Source: an uncultured virus (IMG/VR IMGVR_UViG_3300030330_002895) (Duplodnaviria; Heunggongvirae; Uroviricota; Caudoviricetes). From it: a DNA stretch of 64,000 bases. Location: positions 1 through 64,000 of IMG/VR virus record IMGVR_UViG_3300030330_002895. One strand, given 5' to 3'. Within the stretch, counting starts at the first letter, position 1; the number at the start of each line of letters is the position of its first letter. A program made the position numbers and the translations under genes. Shown here in pieces: positions 36,863 to 48,800 of the stretch. The notes beneath the pieces were generated by a model that did no database searches, was not told the DNA's origin, and saw only the letters and a program-made list of their open reading frames with translations.

Positions 36863-39800
36863 TGAGTAAGCCAAATTTTTTAAACGTACAAAAAGAAATA
36901 GAAAAGTATGATGCAGGAACTACTGCACAAGATACTACACCTATTGATGTAAATGTAACTAGCGTTCCACAAGCGCCTATGCCTGTATATGAAGAGGTTT
37001 CTCCAGGAGATGATGGCAAATATGGCTTTGTAGATGCTAACGTTTTAGATAAGCCAGAATTAAAAGCTCCAGACCAACCAATATTAGGCTTTAATCCTAC
37101 AATCGACTATACAACAAATGCTTTAGGATTTAGTGAATATAGTGGAGAAGGGGTTAGAACCGCATTGAGAGATTCAGACTTGAGTGGTTTTCAAGATTTT
37201 TCTATGGTAGGCAAGCTTTGGAGAAGTGTTGCTGCGGGTGTAGGTTCACAAATTTTTACTGCTGCAGGTAACGCTATTGATTGGATTGATGGTGTAGGTC
37301 ATTTAGTTACAGGAACAGAAGAACAAGGTAGAAGTATCTATGATGCAAAAAACCCAGAAGGAACACCTTCACAAAGAGGAGAAGAAATTCAAAATCCTTT
37401 AGTTAATTGGAATCCTTTAAATCCTTTAGCTGTATTTAATGTGTTTGAATATTTTACAGGCATAGACCCTGTGTCATCTTTAACAGATACTTTAAGAAAA
37501 GCTGGTTCAGCTTTAGAAACTATTGACGATAAAATAGAAGAACAATATAAAGATGAACATGGAGAACAATTTATAAAAAGGGATGCCGAAGGAAACATAA
37601 AAGTAGATTACTCTCAATTATTTGTTATGGACTTTTGGCTTACAAAAGTTGCTAAACAATTACCGAATATGGTTATGTTTGCTGGAACAGGTTTAGCTGG
37701 TAAAGCTTTATCTGCAAAAGCATATCATGCTGCTAATGCTACTAAGTTAGTTAGTAGTATGAAAAAATCTCATTTAGGCAAAAAATTTATAGAAATAGGA
37801 ACAAAACGATTTGGAGATAGTTTTTCTGGATTAGGAACAGCAGAGGTTTTTGGTGGTGCTTTAGGCGCTAACCTTTCTGAAGGAACAATACTTGCAGGGG
37901 AAGCTTATAAAGAAGCTTTATCTGAGGGTTTAACAAAAGACCAGGCTGCAGTTGTAGGATTACAAGTCATGGGTGACAACGCTAAATATATGGCAGTTGA
38001 TGCTTTAAAGTGGAGCATATTTGACAAAGGTATTAAAACTATACCAGCTGGATTAAGAAGGGCAGCTAAATTAGAAGTAGGAACAGGAACTACGTTTAAA
38101 ACTTTTATGGCTAGCCTTACTGTGGGTAGTGGTTTAACTTATGTATCTGGTAAAGCAGAAGAATTTCAAGAAGTTTATCAAGACTGGCGAATAAAAACTC
38201 GTTTAGCACATATGAAAGGCGAAGAATTTATGAGTTATTCAGACTATTACAATAGTCCTGAAATAGCAGAAACTAGATTAGTTTCATTTGGTATGGGTGT
38301 TTTAACAGGGGGATTTGGTGTAACTTTAAAAAGCGCTGTTAATGATGCAGCTATTGCCAGTAATATAATTGATGAAAAAATAGAAACATCTGGATTTATG
38401 AAGGGTGGTAGTGGATTAGTTTTTCAACAATCTGCTGAAAATATAAAAAACAGAGGAACTGCTGGTGGAAAATTTACTGCTGACGAAATTATAGTTAATG
38501 AAAAACATAAAGTTGTAGAGGACATTATAGCATCTTCTGTTGCTAGTGGAGAAGCAAGTTTTAATAAAAAACAAATAGTTGATAAATTAGAAAAAAGTAA
38601 ATTTTCTAAACAAGAAGTAGAAGCTTCATTGCAACTATTAGAAGAGATGGATGTAGCTTTTCAGCCGTTTAGGTCAGCTAAACTAGATAGACAATATCGT
38701 ATGAATGCTGCTAAAATAGCATATTCTATATCTATGGAAGAAAAAATATTAGCTGAAAATAATGAAAACTATCAAGCACAAATAGAAGCTATACAAAATT
38801 CGAGTAGAAGTGAAGCTAGAAAAAAACAAGAAATTAAACTTGTAGAAGAAGAAATGCAGACTGCACAAGAAATGAGTATGCAAACTATAGAGAATTATCA
38901 CAATTCAATAGACCAATTAAAGGCAGAGAATTTACAAGAGGCTATGGATGATGCTGCTGCAGTAGATGCAAAAAATGAAAACAAAAGAAATGCTGCACAA
39001 AGAGCAAAGACAGATGAGGTTATAACAAGAGAAAGAGCTAGTCAAGCAAAACAAGAAAAAACTAAAACTAAAAAACAAACACCTGCACAGAGAAAAAATA
39101 GAATTAAAGAAATAAATAGTCAAATAAAAAATTTACAACAAGAAAGAGAACAAATAGACACAGATGTAGATGGAACTAGAGAAGCTTTTGAGGCTATAGA
39201 AAAACAAATATCTGATTTAAACGCAGAAAAATTATCATTAGAATCTTTAGATAAAAAAGATGCGGGTAGAAAAACTAATTTAGAAAACATAAAAAAAAGA
39301 AAAGCTGCAAAAAAGAAAACAGACCCTAGACAACAAAAATTATTTCAAAAGAAAGACCCAGAAAAAAAACCAACAGACAATTTGTTTGATAAAAAAGATA
39401 TTAAACCTAAATTTAAAACAGAGTCTAATGGTGTTGTAATACCTAATAGACAGTTTGGTGTTGAAGCTGTATATAGAGAGCGATTAAGAAAAAAAGGTAT
39501 AAGTCTTGTTGTATATGACCATTTTTCTAAAACACAAGATGGTAAAACTTATTGGGGTTTAGCTCAAGGATTATCTGTATTTTTAGATGCCAATAAAGCA
39601 ACACAAGAAACTTTCTTTCACGAACTTTCTCATGTATATTTATTAGAACATTGGGACTCTGCTCCTGTAAAAAAATTAAGAGAAATTATTATAGACCAAC
39701 CTGTTTTTCAAGAAGCTAAAAGAATGTACATGAACGAACTTGTGCTAAGTAATGGTAGGACGTTCGGTGAAATGGTTTCTTCATTAGATGGTATAATAAC

Positions 39801-42800
39801 AAAAAATCAATGGAAAAGAGAAAATCCTGATAAGGCAGAAGTTGAATATGTTGACTATGTAGCAAGTAAACTTAAAAAAAGAAAAATAAAAATATTGCCT
39901 GATGCTAAGCAAAGGATTGTAGTAGAAGAAGCTGTAGCAGACCTTATATCAAAGTCTAAAGACAATCAAGACTTAAATGGACTTATAGCATTACCTAAGA
40001 AAAAAACTGTGTTAGGCAGGATGAAAGCTTTTTTTAGCAAAGCAAAAAATCGTAAGTTAAGCAAAGAAGATAGAGATGCTATTTTAAAAGAATCTGGCAA
40101 CGAATCATTAATAGATAATGAAAATGCTCTTAATGATGTTATAAAAGATTACGAAGCTCAAACTATGGGTAAGGAAGGTAGGTTTAACTTTAGAAGAACT
40201 AGAAATGGCTTTAAAGGTAAAGTTGCTATGCCAAGCACAGACCAGCAACTGTATAACAATATAGAGTTAGGAGGAATAGTGCAAGACCTGTTTGGTGCAT
40301 ATGAAAGTTTAGAGGAAGTGGGCATGAGATTGGAAAAAGATTCTAAAGGAGAATACACGCCTGCTGCTAAAAAAAGATACCAAGCGTGGGTATTAGACAC
40401 ATGGCCTAAGGTAAAAGAAGACATACAAGAGTTATATGAAGGAGACGGTAAAGGCAACAATAAACAAATAAGCGAAACACTTTGGGAAAACTGGAGTTAT
40501 GAAGAAGGTATATCAAGACCTGACTTTGTAAATCAAAGAAGATATCTTAACCAAGTTATAAGACGTAGAGTAGGAGGTGCGGCTAAAACAGAATGGGCAG
40601 ACATTGTAGATGAAGAAAGCTGGTTAGAATCTTATCTAGACACTCGTAATGGTGAAAACGAAACAGTGTCTAAATGGGTAGAAGATTTTTCTAATATGAC
40701 ACCTAACATACAAGGAGAAAGAGATGTAAAAAGACTGGTTAGAAAATATGTTTGGAGAGCTATACATGGTAAACAAGAAATGTCTACAAAAGAAGAGTTT
40801 GCAGACAACATGAACGCTTTAATTAAAAAGTGGAACTCTAAAGTGTTAATTGATGGTAAGCTTAGACAAAACAAAGATACTGGATTTAACTTAATGCAAG
40901 AAACATTAGTTAAGTATGGAATGTTTTTAAAGCAGCTGTATAAAAATAATGGTTGGGACTCAGAAAATGTTTTTAACGAACTGTACCATGATGTTAGTTC
41001 TTATAAAAAAATTAGTTGGTTTACTTATTTTAATGATTTAGATGGTAAAACTACACTAAAACCATACAAAGGAACGCAATTAATACATGGCAAAACTTTT
41101 GATAAAGCACAAAGTTTTAACGGAGAAGAAATACAATCTATATTTGAAAACAATTTTGCCAATATACAACCAAACTCCAAAGCAAATCCTTTCTTAAAAT
41201 ACTTAACAAGACTTGTAAAACTACAAGAAACTTTAGAGTCTACAACAAATGTAAGGCAAAAAAGAAAATTAGCAGCAGACTTTATTTATGACCAGTTTGT
41301 TTTAAATATGTCACAGGCTAGTCAGGATATAGAAAGTTCTATAGACCTGATAGATACACAAGCTGTAGATGAAATTATAGCAGACAATGCAGAGTCTTTA
41401 ATAAAAAATACTGCAAGAATGAAAATGTCTGACAAACAACCTCCTGCGGAAATTAAAAAAAGGTTAGGTAATTTTTTAGGCAGACCAGAATTTTTAACTG
41501 AAAAACAAAAAAAGTTTAGAGGTGAGCAAATGAGATATAGGTTTTCACAAGGATATTTCATGCACCCTAATAATAAAAAACAATTAGAAAAACTGTTTAA
41601 TAAATCATTACAATACTATAAAGAAGACGGCACATCTAATGGTAGGGTTAATGTTTTTCAAGGTATTAGAGTTGGTGACAAAATAGGTAATACATTTGGT
41701 GTTCCAGTTCTTGGAACGATAGCTAAGTCAATTACTGAGGCTCAAGCAGAAGCTAAATTTGATTCTATGATAAAAATGCCAGGTGGCGAAATGACTGCTA
41801 ATATATCAAAAAGTCATCAAATAGATATAGCTATAAGACAAATAGCTGACATGAATAATACTGAGGAAGGAAAAGCAAAATTAAAAGATTTGTTTGGAGA
41901 TAACCCCATAATAGAAAGAATGATAAAGACAGGAGAAGCTCCTGTTATAAAACAGATTATTGGTGGTAATATTAAAGAAAGAGTTCCTAAGATAGGTGAG
42001 CGTATAAGAGGTTTTGATTCTGGTAGACAAACAGCCAATGAAATGACTGATATGCACATTAGCTTAATACAAGAAGCAATAAACAATAACAGTAAAACAT
42101 ATAGTCAATCGATATCTATATTTGGAGATAAGAGATTAGAGCTGCATCTTAACAATGCAAACCTTTATTCTTTAACAGAGGCAAGAGACATAGCAAACAA
42201 ATTAAGTTCAAAGAAAGCACAAGAATATGTTAATGACCTAAACACTTATTTAAAAACAAGTCGTGCACAATCTATACAATTTGTATCAAAAGAACAAATA
42301 GAACAAATAGCTCTAAATTACTTTATAAACAAATACTATGCCAAAGATTTATTAATTGGTCCTGCACAGTATTTTAAAAACACAAAAGACTATGTGAAAA
42401 GAGCGGTAGGTTCTGTAGCTATGCATGTAGCTTTAGGTTCTGATTTTAGAATAGAGCCTATAATGCTTAAAGATGTAATGACTGATATAGTTGTTAATGG
42501 TAAAACTGTGCAAGTAAATGCTGTAGATGCTTGTACGTTTTGTTTAGAGTCAGACGGTCAAGTTATAAACGAAAGATATGGAAAGGCTAGACCAGTAGGT
42601 AGTCATTTTAAATTTGTTTACAATGGACAAAATTATGACAACAAGACATTTGAAAATAAAGTAGGTAAAAGACATCCTTTCTATGGTAAAACAAATACAT
42701 TTGTATTAACAGACCAATTTGTTGCAGACAATCCTAAGTTTGCACCACTTAAACGTGCCTTAGAAGCTAGAAAAGAAGCCACTAGAGGAACTAACAAAGA

Positions 42801-45800
42801 GGTTATACCTATGATTATGTTTGAGTCTTCTATTAAAGTGTTAGGAGAAAATGCTAATGGTATATTTGACACGCTTATTGAGGGTAAGGAAGGGCAAAGC
42901 AGTGTAGACGCATTAGAACAAATGTTAAATAACAACACTTTTAACAAACATCAAGATGATTTATTTACTGATAACACTGGAGAGTCTACAGTTCACGGTT
43001 TAGATGGTTCATATATAGGCGTGCAAACAGAATTGGATAAAGTTTCTAAAGATAATAAAGGAACTTTGTCTAAACAATTAACACATATGTTATACAGTAA
43101 TCCTGAAATAGTAAAACAAGCAGATGATGTTATGCAGTCTCTTATTGATTCTTTTAAAGGAGAGGCGGACAATGTTTTTTCTAATTTTGGCACTACAGAA
43201 AAACAAATATCAAAAGAAAAATTAAACTCTATATTGTACAGAGTGTTTGATAAAGCAGATAAATCTGTATTTGGACCATCTGTAGTAAATCTTTTACAAC
43301 AAGGAAGTTTAGACAGCGGAACATTAAGTGTAATCAAAAACATTATAGCTAAAAACATAGTTAAATCTGCTACAAAATTTAGAGGCCCAGGTGGTTTAGG
43401 TATACAATCTACTGATTTTGGTATTAGGGTAGATAGAGCTGGTATTGTGGGAGATGGTTTAAATCATTATATAATAGAGGATGGTGTAATTACTAGCCCA
43501 GCAGAAATAGTTTTAGATAGTTCTGTAGCAGCGTCATTAAATTTAGAAATAGGCAGTGAGGTTATAGTACAAAGAATACCAACTTCTAAGTTGGGTGATG
43601 GTGTTGTATGTAAAGTTGTTCAGATAACAGAGAACATGGGAACTATGGCAGCTATATCGGCTGAAACCTCTAGTATACTGGGCTCTGACTTAGATGGTGA
43701 CTCTTTGCATATTATAGGAAAACATCCTAAAACTAAATTAACTAAATCGCAACAATTATATAATGAGGCTTTTGACAAGTTAAAAGACTTTTTAATGTTG
43801 CCTGAAAATATGCTATACACTCAAAAGGGAATAAATGAGTTAGATGGATATATGCAAGATAGACTTTCTGAAATAAAAGACCTGTCTAAAGAAGTTCCTG
43901 CTGAAACTATAGATGACCTAAGTATATTAGGAAACAGAAACATGTATATATCTAATAGGGGTAGCCAAGATATGATAGGTGTTGCAGCAGTATTTAATAA
44001 TGGTCACAAAATATTAAGTTCTGGCGAAGCAATAGGTATTGACTTAAACACTATAATTGATGGTAAATATGTAGACAACATGTATAAAGACAAGGGTAAT
44101 TCTTGGATTGATTTAGCGTATATGTTAAATATGTTTTTAGATGATGCTAACAAAGGGTTTGCTACTAGTGTTAATTTGAATGAACACACATACAACACAG
44201 CTTCTGAGCTAGTATCAAGAGGTGTGGGCTTAGATACGGCTATTAAAATTATTAATCATCCGTTTATAAAAAAACTAGTTAGTGATGCTAGATTATATAA
44301 TGACAGCATAACTAATCAAGCTTTACGATATCTTGGTCCTAAAAAAGAATTTAGTAAAAACAGAGCTAATGCATTAAAAGAAACTGTAGACTTGAATATT
44401 AATAATAACTTTTACAGTAACAATGATAAAGTTAATAAGCAATTAGCTTTATTATTAATAAAAACAAATGACTTGCCGTCTATGAATCAATTAGATGCTT
44501 TAAGACAATTAGCTAGTTTAGACTCTAGAATGCCTACCACTACAGCGGAGGGGGTAGAAATGATAGACTCTATATTAAATGTATCTATGGGTTCTAAAAA
44601 AACAAAAGAGGGTGTAGACAAATCTTTTGTAGATGTGAGTAATATGGTTTCTGTATCTCCTGGTGTAACTTTAAATGACTTAAAAGAAAGTATATTTGAC
44701 AACGACCTAAGCAAATTAAGAGAATCTATTACTTTTAATAATCCAATTTTACAAAACAATTTTAACACACTTACTAAAGCTGTAGAAAACCAAAGAAAAA
44801 TAGACCCTGCATACACTGGTGGTTTTTACAATGTAATAAATAGAGTGTTTCCTTTGCAAAAACTATTTACATCTGCTTTTGAAATGGGGTTAACCAAAAG
44901 ACAAAAGATACAAACTATAGAAAATATAGAAAATAGACTTAGAAGTGTTAGACTTATGCAGTCTGATGTTTATAAAAACATAAACGCAACAGAAATACTT
45001 ACAGGTTTAGAGTCAGAAATACAAATAAATGACGAGGTAATGTCAAAAGAAGAACTTGATATAGCTATGGATAGCGTTGTTTCAGACGATATACCATTAG
45101 ACAAAACCTTTGACAAAACTATAGCTCATCTAAAAGATATAAAAGGTGCAGAAAACTTTGAATACTTATCAGAATTTATAGAGTTTGAAACTGTTAGTAA
45201 AGAAAATAGAGGAGGCTATGTAGTAGGAGAGCCTAAGGGTTTTCAGCAATTATCTTTTAAACAAGATGGTGTAGCTAGCGAATTATATCTTCCTAACTTA
45301 GAACATAAGTCAAGAGAAGAGTTTATAATGAAACCCAGAATTGACAAATTAAAAAGCACTCCAATATCTGTAGTTAAAGAAATGTTTGAAAGTATGCCTG
45401 CAGAATACCAAGAGTTTATGTATTTATATGACTTAGTTAACAATAATCATGGTGGGCCCAATACTTTATTTCCTTATTTGCATGGAGAAATGAAAGAATC
45501 TGTTATAAAAGAAACACAAAGACAGGTGTTAGATTCTCAAAAAGATATAAAAGAGGGTGCTTTATCTAATGCTTCTATAGAAATGATGCATGATGACCTT
45601 ATTGTAAATAATAAGGGTTCTATAATAGATGTAACTAATCGTATTAAAAAATGGAAAAAAGAAACACAGGTGGCTCCAGGGTATTGGAATGGACTGCAAC
45701 AGGGCGTTACATTAGACAACAATAATATTAAGATAGAGGCAGAACAAACAAAAGGCATACCTTACGGTTCAATAGTAAAGCTTACATTAGACACATCTAA

Positions 45801-48800
45801 TGAGGTTAGAACGGCCGTTCTGTATAGAACATCACAAGAGCCTGTATTAGATGGAGACAAATCATTTATGGTATTAACACCAGTGTTAAACAGTTTTAAA
45901 AGAAACAAAACTATACCCTCCAAACAACCAGCATCAAGAGATAGTAGAACCAAGGGTAAAATGTATATGCTTGTTGATGAAAAAGTTTCTAGTACAAGCA
46001 GACATAATTCTTTAGGAAAAACTCAAGATGGTAAAGACATAGTAGATAACGATGGTAGATTTGGCTCTACAAAAATGTATATGTTAGTAGAAGAGGAAGA
46101 AATGTTTAATGAATCTACATCTTTATCTTTTGATGACTATTTAAAGTTAAGAGGTGAGTTTGATGAGAACTTAAGTCGTAGTAAAAGAAAAAAATATATC
46201 AAAGAATACAATAAGTATTTGAATGATTTGAACGAAGTAGAAATCTTACAAGAGAAGTATTTAAAGAAAGATGAAAATGGTGTTACACACTTAGAAGACC
46301 AATATAGTTCTGAAAATATTAGCAAAATAATAGAAACAGAAATTTACCCATTAGACGAAGTAGCAAGAAGAAATCTTTACAATACTATGGTTAAAATTTT
46401 AGCTGCTAAAGCTGCAATTAAAGGTTTAGATAATATTATTAAGCTTAACAAACTGTCAAAAGAAAAGATAAAAGAATATGAATCTATTAAGAAAAAAATA
46501 TCTTCTGGAAGTAAAAATTTAAAAGATGTTAATTGGGGTAGATTATATATGGACCCTGATATTACTACTGCAGAAATGACAGAGGTTGGAGAAATGATAA
46601 AACAGATAGAAGAATCTGAAATGCTTTATCGAAGAGATTTAAATAAAATACAAAACGAAACTAACAAGGCTCACGATGAATTAATGAAAGATAGGTTTAA
46701 AAATGGTCTTATTCCTTGGTGGCTTAAATCTTGGGCTTATAAAGTTTTACCTGGTGTAAGACATTTAAAAATAATGAACAGGCATATATATAAAAATTTA
46801 GTTTATGAAGCTGAAAGAGTTGATGAAAATGGGCATTATTACAGAGTATTAGAGCTAAAAGACTATTTAGATGTTCACGGAAAACCTAGTGTGTTTAGAA
46901 TGAAAAAGGCTGGGTTAAGTCAGGCTGAACAAAACTATTATAAAATGTTTATTGAAAAAACATCTATGTTCCAAAACCATATGTCACAAAAAAAGGGAAT
47001 GGATGGTATGCCTATACTTCAGCATTCAAGAACAAAATTATATATACCTAATCGTTCTGGTGGATTTTTAGAAACAATGGCCGCTAGAAATATGACTGCA
47101 ACCTTTATTGCATTCAACTATGACTCTACATTAAAAGATGTTGTAGTAACAGGCAAGCACCCTTTGTTAAGAAATGAAGAGGTAACTAAACCTTTAGCTT
47201 GGTTTATTAATAAATATAAGATATCACAAATGGATGAAGGCATTTCTCTTAGTGATTATCGTAGAAAACAAGAATTAAAGTCTTTGCAAAATCAAGCAGA
47301 AAGAAAAGTTCGTAACGGAAAAGCTGTAAGAGCAGAAAAAGTAGAGGACTTTTCACAAGGTAAAAGTTTTAATAGATATTTATCAGGACGTTCAAGTAGG
47401 TCAGAGTTTTCTGCGTCATTTGATATACACCAAAATTTAAATGACTATGTAGAAAAGAATTTGTTTTCACATGGACTAGAAACTCAAAAAGGTTATTCAT
47501 ACACAGGCGCAATGTCATTAGCACCTATTATAGATGGTGTTATTTCTTATAATAGTTTTAAGGGTAATCCACAAGCACAAAAGTGGGTACAAGAACTGTG
47601 GAAAGATAGATATTTAATGGGTAAAAGTAAAAAGTCTATTATAAATCAATATGGAAAAAAACATTGGGCAGATAAAATAGCTACAGGATTAATTAAATGG
47701 ACCATGTTTATAGGACTAGCACTTGCACCAGCAGTTGGTGTATCTAATATTGCTGTAGGTAAAATAAACGAATACAGAAGGTCTGGTTCTTTATCTATGA
47801 GAAGAGGTGAAAAAAGATGGTGGGGAGAAATGTATCGTTCTAAAGCTGGAAAAAATAATAAGGTTTTTGGTATATCAGATTACTTTGGACTGTTAACTAA
47901 TCCTACAGCTATGACTACAGATGGGTTTTTTGATGGACCAATAGGAAGTGTTATGTTTTGGTTTATGACTGCCTCTGAGTCATACATACAAAGAACTGCT
48001 TTTGCTTCACAACTAACAGATGCAGAGTTTGATTCTTTTGAAATGGAAAATGGTGTTCTTAAAATAAAAAAAGGACAAAACTCTATACAAAAAGACAAAA
48101 CAAATGAAGAGGTTTTTGAGGGTATAAAACAAAGGGCATCTGAAATGAAGTATAATGTATACAAGGTGCAAGGTAGAGGGTATACAAATACTGACCAAAG
48201 GCTTATACAAAACTATTACATACTAGAGGGAGCTTTACAGTTTAAAAGATGGTTTCCCACATTTGTTATGGACAGATTGGGTAATGAAAGAATTAACAGG
48301 TTTGGAGGTTCTGAAATAGGTTCTTTAACTGCGTCTTGGCAGTTTTTAAAAGACATATGGCAAGAAGATGGCGTGGCTGGTGTAGTAGATATAAGAAAAT
48401 GGGGCAAAAATTCCCCCGAATATCAAGACTTACCTAAGCATAGACAAGAAGCAATACAACGTATGATAAGAGGCGGCAAGGCTTCCTTAGTAGTGTTAGC
48501 GCTGTTAGCACTAGGAGGGTGGGGCGAAGAAGATGAAGACGATAGTTTTGTTAAATCTAAACTAGAACAATTATTGTCAGATATATTTTTAATATCTAAT
48601 GTAAAACGTTTACACTATATGGCTGCACCGCCTATGTTTCAAACAGGAAAAAATATAACAGAAGGTTTTGCTAACTTTTTTAGCAATGCTAAATACCAAA
48701 GAAAAACTAAATATTTTGAAAAAGGTGACCCTAAAGCAAAAGGTAGTTTTATTAAGCTATTACCTAGGTTCTTAAGAGAAGTTGCTTTTGAAAATAAGGA

